Source of the DNA: Nanobdellota archaeon
GTDB lineage: Archaea; Nanobdellota; Nanobdellia; Woesearchaeales; UBA10107
DNA: 64,000 nucleotides
Reading direction: 5' to 3'
NCBI GenBank assembly: GCA_042571125.1
Contig: JBHPFU010000002.1
Coordinates: 109,878 to 173,877, forward strand
The translations under genes were made by a program, and so were the position numbers. Numbering within the stretch: the stretch's first letter is position 1; each line of letters begins with the position of its first letter. Under the pieces are notes generated by a model. The model was not told the origin of the DNA, made no database searches, and worked only from the letters and a program-made list of their open reading frames with translations. Of the stretch, positions 1 to 10,231 are shown piece after piece.

Positions 1-2
1 GC

Positions 3-3000
3 TATACAATCTATGCAAATGATACTTTAGGAAACCAAGTTAACCAATCAAGCAACTTTACAGTGCAAGATACTACTAAACCAGTAATATCGTTTGTTGC
101 GCCTACTACTTCAGCAGGAGCGCATAATCAAAATGAGATATTAGCGAATGCAACATCAGATAGTGTGGATCTAGATACAATAACAATTAACTTATTCAAT
201 TCCACATCAAACTTAATTAATTCAACAAGCTTAGCAGCATCCAATCTATTAGTCAACTTTAGTAATCTAGCTGAAGGAAGTTATTACCTGAATGCAACAG
301 CTAATGATACTGCAGGAAACCTTAACTACACTGAAACAAGAAATATTATTCTTGACAATACCTATCCAAGTATAACCTTTGAAAATCCAACCCCTTCATC
401 AGGAACGGTACAAAACATAAGTAGTCTTTTAATAAATGTTAGCGCCTCTGACACTAATTTCGCTAACATCACAACATATCTTTACAATGAAACTACGCAG
501 ATAAGTAAAGCCACTGTTAGTAATACTGTGCAATTCAGTAATTTCGTTGGCTTACCAAATGGAATATACTATTTCAATGCAACAGCATATGATGATGCGG
601 GAAACGTCAATTATACTGAAACAAGGAATGTAACAATAAATAGAAGCATTAATGCGCCTCCGTATTGGTCAAATCTAAATGAGATGCCTGGAGATCCGGC
701 AGATTATGTTCCAGATAAAACATATTATTTCAATATAACCTGGAATGACGATGAGGGAGTAGATTCTGTATGGATAGAATTTGATGGAGTAAACTACACA
801 AGCGAAGTTTACAACATATCTAATACTTATGTATTCAACAGAACTGGCCTAAGTGTTGGTGTACACAATTATACTTGGTATGCAAATGATACAAATAAGA
901 ACCTAACCAGCGCAAATGAAACATATACGCTTAATGCCCTGCCTAGTTACAGCTCAAATGGAAGTGTTGTTGATGAACAAGGAACAGTTCAAAATGCTTC
1001 ATATAAAATCTATAATTCAACAGGCCATCTTGTTTACTCAAGCGATATGTACTATACTTTCACATTTGAAGGTACGCAAAAGTATGATTTACTTGTGACA
1101 GCACACTATGATGATTACATTAGACAATATGAATTAAAAGGAATATTCAACAATACAAACAATACAAATCCAATTCAAGCCAGATTTAATAATATAACAA
1201 ACCATCACGTTGTAAATCCAACAACCTTGAATTTTGATGAATTAACAATAGAGCTTAGACCAGCTACAACAAACGGCATATTCTTTAAATGTAGCGGAAC
1301 ATATAATCTAACTACATCTATTTGTAGCGGAACTTGGGAGCCTTGGTTAAATGTTAAGAGTATTGATTATGAAAATTATACATTTACACCGGGAGATCCC
1401 GCATTAAGCGAAGCAAACGGAACATTCTTCGAAGATTGGGAAACAGGTAGCTTTGCAACAAATAACTGGACTAATGACGGCTGCTGGGCTATTGTAAATG
1501 ATGCTGCTAATGCTTATAGTGGAGATTATTATGCTGCATGTACTGTCAGCGGAACATATACTCTTTATGTAAATGTAAGTACAGCAGGATACGAGAATAT
1601 TAACATAAGCTTCTGGTATCAAAGTGATGGTTATTATGTAACAAGCTTTGCTGCGGATTACTGGAATGGAACAACCTGGCGTAACTTGTTCACAGATGCT
1701 CCTGTAGACAACATAGCTACATGGACAAATGTATTCAATACAACAGAATCTGATGCAGATGATAATGCTGATCTAAGATTAAGGTTTGTGCGTAATGGAG
1801 GAAATAACAGAGATATTTGGTTAGAAAATATCTTTGTGACTGGAACTGAGATAGACTACATCTCACCATCAGTCTCAACAATACAACCAACATCAGCAAA
1901 TGAAGATGTTGCTACAAATTACAATGCGACTGTTTCAGATAATGTTGGTGTAACTGCATGTAACTTGTTTATTGACGGAGCATTGAATGGTTCAATGGAT
2001 GTTAGCGGAACATTAGCAAATAGAAGTGTAACAATCACAACACCGGGAAGCTATCAGTTCCTAGCAAATTGTACTGACGCTGCTGGAAACTATAATGATA
2101 CATCGGTTACAAATGTAACAATTAATGATGTTACCGCTCCAACATGGAACGAGACTCCAACAAACAGACTATTAGAATTAGGGGCGCCTTTATATTATGA
2201 TGTGAATGCGAGTGATAATGTTGCTGTAGATGTATATTCAATAAATGATAATACTAACTTTACAATTAATCCAACAAACGGGATAATACAGAATAATACT
2301 GGATTATCGATAGGAACATATTCATTAAACATATCTGTGAATGATACTTCGAATAATGTTTTATCAGAAGTAATTAATGTGACTGTTCAGGATACTACAA
2401 AGCCATCAGTATCTACAATAGAACCGACAAATGTGAATGAGGATGTTTCAACAACATATAATGCTACTGTTTATGATTTGGATGGTGTTACATCATGTAA
2501 CTTGTATATCGATGGAACTCTGAATGGATCAATGAGTATAACTGGCGGTGTGTTGGCAGAAAGAACAGTAACAGTCACAACACCTGGAAGTTATCAGTTC
2601 CTTGCTAATTGTACAGATGCTACAGGCAATTATAATGATACTAGTACAACAACTGTTACAATTAATGATATTACTGCTCCGACTTGGGATGAAACTCCTC
2701 AGAATCAGATTGTTGGTCATGAAACAGACTTTAGCTATGATGTAAATGCATCAGATAATGTTGCGATTGATACTTACTCTGTTGATAATTCCAATTTCAG
2801 CATAAGTGGTGCAGGAGTAATTACAAATACAACACTATTAAGCGTAGGTGTACATTCATTGAATATTTCAGTTAATGATACATCTAACAACAAATTATCA
2901 GAAGTGATTACTGTAACTGTTCAGGATACTACAAAGCCATCAGTGTCTACAATAGAACCTACAAATGTGAATGAAGATGTATCTACAACATACAATGCTA

Positions 3001-6000
3001 CTGTTTATGATTTGGATGGTGTTACAACATGTAACTTGTTTATTGATGGAACTTTGAATGGATCAATGAGTATAACTGGCGGCGTGTTGGCCGAGAGAAC
3101 ATTAACAGTCACAACACCTGGAAGCTATCAGTTCCTAGCAAATTGTACAGATGCTACAGGCAATTATAATGATACTAGTACAACAACTGTGACAATTAAT
3201 GATATTACTGCTCCGACTTGGGATGAGACTCCTCAGAATCAGATTGCTGAGTATGGAACAGACTTTAGCTATGATGTGAATGCATCAGATAATGTTGCGA
3301 TTGATACTTACTCTGTTGATAATTCCAATTTCAGCATAAGTGGTGCAGGAGTAATTACAAATACAACACTATTAAGCGTAGGTGTACATTCATTGAATAT
3401 TTCAGTTAATGATACATCTAACAACAAATTATCAGAAGTGATTACTGTAACTGTTAATGATACAATCGCACCTGTAATAAGTAGTGTAACAACAGGCACA
3501 ATCACAAATGAAACAGGACAAATATTATGGAGCACTAATGAGAATGCAAATTCAACTGTTGATTATGGTTTAACAACTGCGCTAGGATCAAGTACCGGAA
3601 GCGGAACATTAGTAACTGCACATGATTTAACAATACTGAGCCTAACAAATAATACATTATATTATTATAATGTAACAAGCTGTGATGTGTACGGTTATTG
3701 TAGTATAGCTGGACCTTATAACTTTACAACAATTTCAAACATACCAGATACATCTGCTCCGATAATTGCAAATGTAAATCACAGCGGTGTAACAAACGAC
3801 TCTGCAATAATCAACTGGACAACTGATGATACATCCAACAGTACTGTCTACTACGGCGAAACAATTGCATTAGGATCAAGTACAAGCAGCGGAACATTAG
3901 TAACAACCCACAGCATAACATTAACTGGATTGACAAATGTAACATTATACTATTATAATGTAAGCTCATGCAATCAGTATGGAAATTGCAGTACAGATGG
4001 ATATTATAACTTTACAACAGAACAGAGTCCTGATGTACTTTCTCCGTCAGTATCAACAATACAACCAACATCTGCTGACGAAGATACAAGTACAACATAC
4101 AATGCTACTCTTTCGGATGTTGAAGGAGTTACATCATGTAATCTGTTCATAGATGGAACATTAAATGGTTCAATGACAATCTCAGGAGGAGTATTAGCAG
4201 AAAGAACTTTAACATTAACAACGCCTGGAAGTTATCAGTTCCTAGCTAATTGTTCGGATGCTGCTGGAAACTATAATGATACTAGCACAACAACTGTTAC
4301 AATTAATGATATCACAACACCTTCATTAGTTGTTAGTAGCCCAGTAGATGGCAACGGGTATACTGTAAATAATATCTCAATATATTACACTGTCTTAGAT
4401 AATGTTGGAGTAGATTCATGCTGGTACACAAACACAACGGGCCAGATTGTTAACTTAGTTGGATGTGCAAACACTTCCATCAATGTTACAGACGGAGATT
4501 GGAACATTACAGTATATGCTAATGATACAAGCAACAATATTAACAGTTCTCAGATATCCTTCTTAGTAGATACTGCAAATCCAGTAGTCAACTTTGTTTA
4601 TCCAACACCAGGAGATGGAACAGGGGTATCTGCAACAACAATAACAGTTAATGTTACTGCAGCTAATGGTCCTGCAAGCATAGATAGTTGTAAGTTAACA
4701 TTCAATAATACAGATTATTTAATGACAAAAATTGGAACAGGTTCTGCTGTTTCATGTAATTTCACATTAAGCGGATTAAGTGAAGGGTTCTATGTATATA
4801 ATGTGACTGCTAATGATACTCTTAACAACATTGGATACTCAGCTAACAGAAACGTAACAATTGATATTACTACACCAGAAGTAAGCACAATAGAACCAGT
4901 TAATGTTGACGAAGATGTTACAACTAATTACAACGCAACTGTTAGTGATAATTTAGGTATAACCTCCTGTAACTTATTCATAGATGGAACATTAAATGGT
5001 TCAATGACTGTTGCTGGCGGTTTAGCAGAAAGGACATTAAATGTTACAACGCCGGGAAGCTATCAGTTCCTTGCTAATTGTACTGATATTGCTGGCAATT
5101 ATAATGATACTAGCACAACAACTGTAACAATTAATGATATTACTGCTCCAGTAATGAGCAGCATATCTGAAAGTTCAATAACAACAAGTAGCGCGCATAT
5201 AACTTGGACAATAGATGAACTTGCAAATTCAACAGTAGAATACGGACTGACAAGCGGATTAGGAAGCATAGAATCAAGCCCAACATTAACAACAAGCCAC
5301 GATCTTACATTAACTAACCTAACCAATGGTACAGTATATTATTACAATGTAACAAGCTGTGATGCTGATGGTAATTGTGATACTCTTGGATTATATAACT
5401 TTACAACTGCAAATCCAACACCTCCAAGCACAGGCGGCGGAGGATCTCATGAAAGAATATGTAATGAAAACTGGAATTGTACAGAATGGAATGAATGTTC
5501 TGTGAATGGATTAAGAACAAGAGCATGTACTGAGTTAAGCGGATGCGGAACTTATCTATATAGACCAATTATGTTTGAATACTGTGAACCAGAAGAGATT
5601 CCTAGCGGGGAAATAGTTCCAACAGTACCTGAAGAAGAAATTTCTGAGGAAGTTCCAGTTGTGGAAGTTCCAGCACCTAGACCTATTAAGAAAATAATAA
5701 CTTGGTCTCTTTTATTCTTAGTTCTTGCTACACTAATAACTTATGGAGCAATACGCAGACAAGCAATCTATGCAGGAACTGAAGCAGTAATTGAAGAGTT
5801 AAAAGGATTGGGAAGATTGTATGGTGCTGGTCGTAAAAAACGTAAAGAAGAGGAAGTAGTAAAAGTAGTTCAAAGAAGAGATATATTTAAAGAAGGAATA
5901 AAATCACGAGCTCAAAAAACAAAAGAATTTGTAATACACACAGAACAATCTGCAGTAAAGATATTAAGAGATTATTTGAGAGGCATCGAACATGCAGCTT

Positions 6001-7880
6001 ACACAGTAGGATCATGGTGGGGAGCAGCTAAAGTCAAAGAACGTGAATTAGCTAAAATCTTAAAAGCAAAAGCAAGACGTACTGGACGCGTTATTGAGAA
6101 AGATGCAGAAAAAATAATTGAAAAAGAACACGAATTTGCTTCTGATATAAGGAACAAAGTTAAGGGAGAGATAAAAGTAATTATAGGCATCTACAATAAA
6201 GATAAGGCTAAAGCAGTTAAAGCAGCACATGATCTAAAAATTTCCACCAGAAGAAAAGCAAGACACGCAGGAAGAGAGGTTTCTGGATTTGTTGAATCTA
6301 TTAAAGATAAATTCATTACAGAGGAGCATGAACTTGCTACAAAAACAAGAAAAACAATCGGGCACATGGGCTTTGCTCTTGAAAGAGCAGAGGAAAAGAT
6401 CTATGAAAGAGTCGCAGAAAATGTATTGGGCGTAATGCACTCACTAGTTCTTGCTTCCAGGAGAGCAGGACACAAACTTGAAGTTGCAAAACTAAGAGAA
6501 GAAGAATTTGTAAAGAACACAAGACATGAGATAAGCGGTGAAATCAAGCATATCAAAAGCATCTTAAGAAAAGGCGTAACAGAAGCAGAAAATGAATGGG
6601 AGCTTACGAAAAAGAGGGAGCATGAATTTGTTCTAGCTTCAAGAAGATTCATCAAAGGACAGCTAAAGCATGCTGCGTCTGCAATAGAAAAAGGAAAAGA
6701 TTCTGCTAATCAAAGAAGAAAAAAGATCATAGGAGATCTTAAGAATCAATTTATGATAACAGGAGAAGCAATAAGAGATAGAGAACATGATGTTGTCAAA
6801 AGGATCAGAGCTGAAGTAAGGCACGATAAGCATGAATTGCAGAAGAGAAAAGATGCTATAGCAAATAGAGCTCATGAAGTTGCTAAAGGAATCAGATATT
6901 CAGAACATGAACTAGTTAATAATTTAAAAGCTAAAGGAAGAGGAATAAAGCATCAATTCCTAAAAACAGGAGAAGCAATAAGAGAAACAGAGCATGAAAT
7001 TGCTAAGAGAACAAGAGCTGAAATAAGACACGAGAAGCACGAGTTACATAAGAGTAAGGATGCGATATCTAGTAGGGCTCATGAAATCGTTCAAGGAATA
7101 AAAAATAGGAAGCATGAAATTGCTGAAGGAGTTAGAGCTGAAATAAGACATGAGCAACATAAGTTACAAGAAAGAAGGGACGCAGTAAAAGATAGAGCTC
7201 ATGAAGTTGCTGAAGGAATAAGAGATGAACGGCATGAAATTGCTAAGGGAATCAAAGCAGAGATAAGACATGAGAAGCATGAATTAGAGAAGAAAAAGAA
7301 TGCCGTAAAAGATAGAGTTAATGCGGTCATCAAAAGAATAAAAGATAGGAAGCATGAAATTGCTGAAGGAGTTGGAGCTGAAATAGGACATGAGCAACAT
7401 AAGTTACAAGAAAGAAGGGACGCAGTAAAAGATAGAGCTCATGAAATCGTTCAAGGAGTAAAAGATGAACGGCATGAAATTGCTAAAGGTATCAAAGAAG
7501 AGATAAGACATGAGAAGCATGAACTGCAGAAGAGAAAAGATGCTATAGCGGGCAGGGCTCATGAAATCGTTCAAGGAGTAAAATATGAACAACATGAACT
7601 TGCCAAGAGAACAAGAGCTGAAATAAGGCATGAGAAGCATGAATTAGAAAAGAGAAAGAATGCAATACAAGACAATATACAAAATGTCAAGAGCGTAGCT
7701 AAAAAAGACACAGAGCTTGTTAAAGCGTCAGGTGCTGCAGCTAAAGAAAGCGCAAAGTTATTCGGAAGTGTAATATCAACTATTGCTTCAGATATATCCG
7801 GAATATTCACTAAGAAAACAAGAACTAAAAATCAAAAAGAATATCTTTTGAAAAAGTTAAAAGGAGCGTATAAGATATGA
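3..7880 (+). CDS. Giant cell-surface/adhesin-like glycoprotein, 5'-truncated by the window edge: Ig-like/cadherin-like and FN3-like repeats, Cys-rich TSP1-like module, one TM helix, long repetitive cytoplasmic tail
   Basis: Frame is open back to base 3 (YTIYANDTLGNQ...). Repeated 'D..P...' beta-sandwich modules, many N-x-S/T sequons, FN3-like 'W.T.E.ANSTV.YG...YYYNVTSC' units, CNENWNCTEWNEC module at ~5460, hydrophobic IITWSLLFLVLATLITYGAI at ~5694-5753. Confidence 0.85.
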   Translation, partial: YTIYANDTLGNQVNQSSNFTVQDTTKPVISFVAPTTSAGAHNQNEILANATSDSVDLDTITINLFNSTSNLINSTSLAASNLLVNFSNLAEGSYYLNATANDTAGNLNYTETRNIILDNTYPSITFENPTPSSGTVQNISSLLINVSASDTNFANITTYLYNETTQISKATVSNTVQFSNFVGLPNGIYYFNATAYDDAGNVNYTETRNVTINRSINAPPYWSNLNEMPGDPADYVPDKTYYFNITWNDDEGVDSVWIEFDGVNYTSEVYNISNTYVFNRTGLSVGVHNYTWYANDTNKNLTSANETYTLNALPSYSSNGSVVDEQGTVQNASYKIYNSTGHLVYSSDMYYTFTFEGTQKYDLLVTAHYDDYIRQYELKGIFNNTNNTNPIQARFNNITNHHVVNPTTLNFDELTIELRPATTNGIFFKCSGTYNLTTSICSGTWEPWLNVKSIDYENYTFTPGDPALSEANGTFFEDWETGSFATNNWTNDGCWAIVNDAANAYSGDYYAACTVSGTYTLYVNVSTAGYENINISFWYQSDGYYVTSFAADYWNGTTWRNLFTDAPVDNIATWTNVFNTTESDADDNADLRLRFVRNGGNNRDIWLENIFVTGTEIDYISPSVSTIQPTSANEDVATNYNATVSDNVGVTACNLFIDGALNGSMDVSGTLANRSVTITTPGSYQFLANCTDAAGNYNDTSVTNVTINDVTAPTWNETPTNRLLELGAPLYYDVNASDNVAVDVYSINDNTNFTINPTNGIIQNNTGLSIGTYSLNISVNDTSNNVLSEVINVTVQDTTKPSVSTIEPTNVNEDVSTTYNATVYDLDGVTSCNLYIDGTLNGSMSITGGVLAERTVTVTTPGSYQFLANCTDATGNYNDTSTTTVTINDITAPTWDETPQNQIVGHETDFSYDVNASDNVAIDTYSVDNSNFSISGAGVITNTTLLSVGVHSLNISVNDTSNNKLSEVITVTVQDTTKPSVSTIEPTNVNEDVSTTYNATVYDLDGVTTCNLFIDGTLNGSMSITGGVLAERTLTVTTPGSYQFLANCTDATGNYNDTSTTTVTINDITAPTWDETPQNQIAEYGTDFSYDVNASDNVAIDTYSVDNSNFSISGAGVITNTTLLSVGVHSLNISVNDTSNNKLSEVITVTVNDTIAPVISSVTTGTITNETGQILWSTNENANSTVDYGLTTALGSSTGSGTLVTAHDLTILSLTNNTLYYYNVTSCDVYGYCSIAGPYNFTTISNIPDTSAPIIANVNHSGVTNDSAIINWTTDDTSNSTVYYGETIALGSSTSSGTLVTTHSITLTGLTNVTLYYYNVSSCNQYGNCSTDGYYNFTTEQSPDVLSPSVSTIQPTSADEDTSTTYNATLSDVEGVTSCNLFIDGTLNGSMTISGGVLAERTLTLTTPGSYQFLANCSDAAGNYNDTSTTTVTINDITTPSLVVSSPVDGNGYTVNNISIYYTVLDNVGVDSCWYTNTTGQIVNLVGCANTSINVTDGDWNITVYANDTSNNINSSQISFLVDTANPVVNFVYPTPGDGTGVSATTITVNVTAANGPASIDSCKLTFNNTDYLMTKIGTGSAVSCNFTLSGLSEGFYVYNVTANDTLNNIGYSANRNVTIDITTPEVSTIEPVNVDEDVTTNYNATVSDNLGITSCNLFIDGTLNGSMTVAGGLAERTLNVTTPGSYQFLANCTDIAGNYNDTSTTTVTINDITAPVMSSISESSITTSSAHITWTIDELANSTVEYGLTSGLGSIESSPTLTTSHDLTLTNLTNGTVYYYNVTSCDADGNCDTLGLYNFTTANPTPPSTGGGGSHERICNENWNCTEWNECSVNGLRTRACTELSGCGTYLYRPIMFEYCEPEEIPSGEIVPTVPEEEISEEVPVVEVPAPRPIKKIITWSLLFLVLATLITYGAIRRQAIYAGTEAVIEELKGLGRLYGAGRKKRKEEEVVKVVQRRDIFKEGIKSRAQKTKEFVIHTEQSAVKILRDYLRGIEHAAYTVGSWWGAAKVKERELAKILKAKARRTGRVIEKDAEKIIEKEHEFASDIRNKVKGEIKVIIGIYNKDKAKAVKAAHDLKISTRRKARHAGREVSGFVESIKDKFITEEHELATKTRKTIGHMGFALERAEEKIYERVAENVLGVMHSLVLASRRAGHKLEVAKLREEEFVKNTRHEISGEIKHIKSILRKGVTEAENEWELTKKREHEFVLASRRFIKGQLKHAASAIEKGKDSANQRRKKIIGDLKNQFMITGEAIRDREHDVVKRIRAEVRHDKHELQKRKDAIANRAHEVAKGIRYSEHELVNNLKAKGRGIKHQFLKTGEAIRETEHEIAKRTRAEIRHEKHELHKSKDAISSRAHEIVQGIKNRKHEIAEGVRAEIRHEQHKLQERRDAVKDRAHEVAEGIRDERHEIAKGIKAEIRHEKHELEKKKNAVKDRVNAVIKRIKDRKHEIAEGVGAEIGHEQHKLQERRDAVKDRAHEIVQGVKDERHEIAKGIKEEIRHEKHELQKRKDAIAGRAHEIVQGVKYEQHELAKRTRAEIRHEKHELEKRKNAIQDNIQNVKSVAKKDTELVKASGAAAKESAKLFGSVISTIASDISGIFTKKTRTKNQKEYLLKKLKGAYKI
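2382..3455 (+). repeat. Near-identical tandem duplication of a 534-bp (178-aa) two-domain unit inside the surface protein
   Basis: gttcaggatactacaaagccatcagt at 2385 and 2919; gttgataattccaatttc at 2781 and 3315 (offset 534). Confidence 0.9.
6770..7680 (+). repeat. Imperfect 120-bp (40-aa) tandem repeats encoding a His/Lys/Glu-rich helical tail
   Basis: a(a/g)ataagacatgag-like motif recurs at 7021, 7141, 7261, 7381, 7501 and 7621. 7141-7200 and 7381-7440 differ by one base. Confidence 0.85.
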
Positions 7881-7941
7881 TAAAAACGAAAGAATTAAAA
7901 AAGAAAAAGATATTAAACAATCTTAGAGAGGTGTATGTGCT

Positions 7942-8739
7942 ATGGGCAAGACAATAGGCATTATTGCGATAAAAGGTGGTGTTGGAAAAACAACAACGGT
8001 TTCTAATCTGGGAGCGGTTCTAGCGAGTGAATTTAATAAAAAAGTTCTATTAGTTGATGCTAATTTCAGTGCACCGAACCTGGGGCTACACTTAGGCATA
8101 GTTGATCCTGCAAAAACACTTCACGATGTAATTGAAAACAAGGCAACAATACACGAAGCAGTACAGGAACACGATCATGGCTTCCACATCATCCCCTCCT
8201 CATTAGTTCATAAGAAAATTAATCCATTTAAACTAAAAAATAGACTGGCGTCAATCAAAAAAAACTATGATGTTATACTTGTTGACTCCTCTCCAACATT
8301 AAACGAGGAGATTTTAGCGACTATGCTTGCTTCTGATGAGCTTTATGTTGTAACAAGTGCAGACTATCCAACACTTAGCTGTACAATGAGTGCGGTTAAG
8401 CTGGCAAAAGAAAGAAAAACACCAATAAGCGGGCTTATTATCAATAAGACTAGAGGGGAAAAGTTCGAACTAAGCTTAACTGAAATAGAAGAATCAACAG
8501 GGATCCCGGTTTTAGCAGTTATTCCTGATGACATAAAGGTTTTGGAAGCACTATCTGAAACAAAATCTGCTGCTCTTCATGCTCCAAAAAAGGATTTTGC
8601 TATTGAATATAAAAAATTGGCAGGATTTTTAGTGGGGGAAGAGTATAAAGACAAAAGATTAAAGACAAAAGTAAAAGATTTCTTTTTAACAAACCACGAT
8701 GTTCCTAAGCAAAACATAAACAGGATATTAAAAGAATGA
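7942..8739 (+). CDS. minD: MinD/ParA-family ATPase
   Basis: Deviant Walker A IKGGVGKTT, VLLVDAN...NLGLHLG, DSSP, GLIINK motifs; GAGGTG SD upstream. Confidence 0.85.
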   Translation: MGKTIGIIAIKGGVGKTTTVSNLGAVLASEFNKKVLLVDANFSAPNLGLHLGIVDPAKTLHDVIENKATIHEAVQEHDHGFHIIPSSLVHKKINPFKLKNRLASIKKNYDVILVDSSPTLNEEILATMLASDELYVVTSADYPTLSCTMSAVKLAKERKTPISGLIINKTRGEKFELSLTEIEESTGIPVLAVIPDDIKVLEALSETKSAALHAPKKDFAIEYKKLAGFLVGEEYKDKRLKTKVKDFFLTNHDVPKQNINRILKE

Positions 8740-9059
8740 GGGCTCAAGCATCTATTAAGATTGTTAGCGGAATTGTAGTAGTTTTGTTGGTATTTCTTAT
8801 AGTGTTTACACTAAAAGAAGGCCCCAATCTAACAGGCTACGTTAGTTCGGATGTTTCTGAAGAAGTAAAAGCATGTTACCTTTCAACAGAATCTGGGCTG
8901 ATTCCGATGTCTGATCTGGCTGATTGCTGCACCTCATTAAAGAACGCAGTAGGCTGTCAGAAGTACGTTTCTGATGAACTGGCTGATGACCTATATAAGT
9001 GCAAATCAAAGCGTATAATCGTCGCAAATAAGGCTCTAATCGACTTCTGCATGGGATAA
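8736..9059 (+). CDS. Small membrane-anchored protein with Cys-rich extracellular domain
   Basis: N-terminal RAQ + hydrophobic helix + LTGYV, six Cys; ATGA overlap with minD. Confidence 0.65.
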   Translation: MRAQASIKIVSGIVVVLLVFLIVFTLKEGPNLTGYVSSDVSEEVKACYLSTESGLIPMSDLADCCTSLKNAVGCQKYVSDELADDLYKCKSKRIIVANKALIDFCMG

Positions 9060-9120
9060 ACCGCGGTTTTAGCTTATTTATTCTATATTTAATATCGTCC
9101 CTTATTAGTAGTATCTAATC

Positions 9121-9135
9121 GAAAGATTTATATAT
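9121..9135 (+). promoter_or_regulatory. Archaeal BRE-TATA promoter of the small-ORF cluster
   Basis: gaaaga-tttatata about 35-40 nt upstream of ATG 9167. Confidence 0.6.
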
Positions 9136-9166
9136 TAGTTCTTAGTTACTTATAAGTGATAACAAA

Positions 9167-9532
9167 ATGGATAAACCACTAATTAAACCGGAAACTGTAG
9201 GAGAAGAATTCTATCTAAACTTGAATAGTGGGCAGGCTACAAACGGCAGTCTTGCACGCGAAAAATATCATACTCACGTTATTAGAGAGGTTGCTCCAGA
9301 CATATATGGTTTATTCCAAAAAGAACAAGGTAAAGAAACACCAATAAAAGTTTGGCGTTTAAATGTTAATGATGAGGGTCACCTTCGTACTAATGACGAA
9401 TACCACAACTGGCACGATATTGAAGCAGTGGATAAGATGTACAAACCTGCACCTATGTTTACAGATTCATTAAGAGAAATTGTAAGAAGTTGGAGACCTA
9501 AGCCTTCATTAGACAGAGTTAAATCTAGGTGA
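9167..9532 (+). CDS. Hypothetical protein
   Basis: 121-aa ORF downstream of BRE-TATA; no recognised family. Confidence 0.65.
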   Translation: MDKPLIKPETVGEEFYLNLNSGQATNGSLAREKYHTHVIREVAPDIYGLFQKEQGKETPIKVWRLNVNDEGHLRTNDEYHNWHDIEAVDKMYKPAPMFTDSLREIVRSWRPKPSLDRVKSR

Positions 9533-9536
9533 ATAA

Positions 9537-9746
9537 ATGATTGAGATGGAAACTGCAGAGGGAAGAGTATTAGTCTTTGAGACAGATCAATCTAAAGTCA
9601 AGAGAAAATTAAAAGAAATTGTTGGAGATAATAAAAGATACATGAGATTTTCAACTTGGCCAAAGAATCATTATTCTGAAATCGCAAGATCAACAAAAAG
9701 AGAAGAGGAAAAAGAATTCAAAGATTATTTCATGAACCAAAACTGA
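9537..9746 (+). CDS. Small hypothetical protein
   Basis: 69-aa ORF with AGGTGA SD. Confidence 0.6.
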   Translation: MIEMETAEGRVLVFETDQSKVKRKLKEIVGDNKRYMRFSTWPKNHYSEIARSTKREEEKEFKDYFMNQN

Positions 9747-9754
9747 GGTAAAAA

Positions 9755-9895
9755 ATGGATTTATTCGATGATTATGAGGACGATAAAACAGTACTAAACG
9801 AAATAGACGATAAAAAAACAAAAACATTCAGAAGTATGCTTAACAGAAAGAACGTATCTGGAGAAGAGCTGGATGAAATGTTCATAGGTATGTAA
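9755..9895 (+). CDS. Small acidic hypothetical protein (46 aa, not in ORF track)
   Basis: GAGGT SD, ATG 9755, MDLFDDYEDDKTVLNEIDD...EMFIGM-TAA; fills the gap between co-directional ORFs. Confidence 0.55.
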   Translation: MDLFDDYEDDKTVLNEIDDKKTKTFRSMLNRKNVSGEELDEMFIGM

Positions 9896-9905
9896 AATAA
9901 TTAAA

Positions 9906-10193
9906 ATGGATAAAGTAAATTTCTATACTTGGTTTGAAGATAAAGGGGAACTCTTTGCTAGATGTTACGATAAAATATGCGGAGATAAACCTGTAGAAGA
10001 AAAAACACAAGAAGATCTGATGAATGCTTTAGGTCTTTGGAAAAGAGCAACAAATAAAGACGCAGAAGTAATTCATGAGAACGACATTGTTCGTTCAATT
10101 GTTGAAAAAGGTCAAGAAACTCAATATCGTAAAGATAAAAAAGAATACAATCTCGAACTAATATTTAGTACAGAAGGAGCGAGTGTAAACTAA
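9906..10193 (+). CDS. Hypothetical protein
   Basis: 95-aa ORF, co-directional with the cluster. Confidence 0.6.
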   Translation: MDKVNFYTWFEDKGELFARCYDKICGDKPVEEKTQEDLMNALGLWKRATNKDAEVIHENDIVRSIVEKGQETQYRKDKKEYNLELIFSTEGASVN

Positions 10194-10231
10194 TCACAAT
10201 ATTTAAAAACTAACTAATTCTTTCTTTATTT

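Noticed and set aside
6770..7680. Regular repeats as a possible CRISPR array
   Set aside because: In-frame degenerate coding repeats with no unique spacers; no cas genes.
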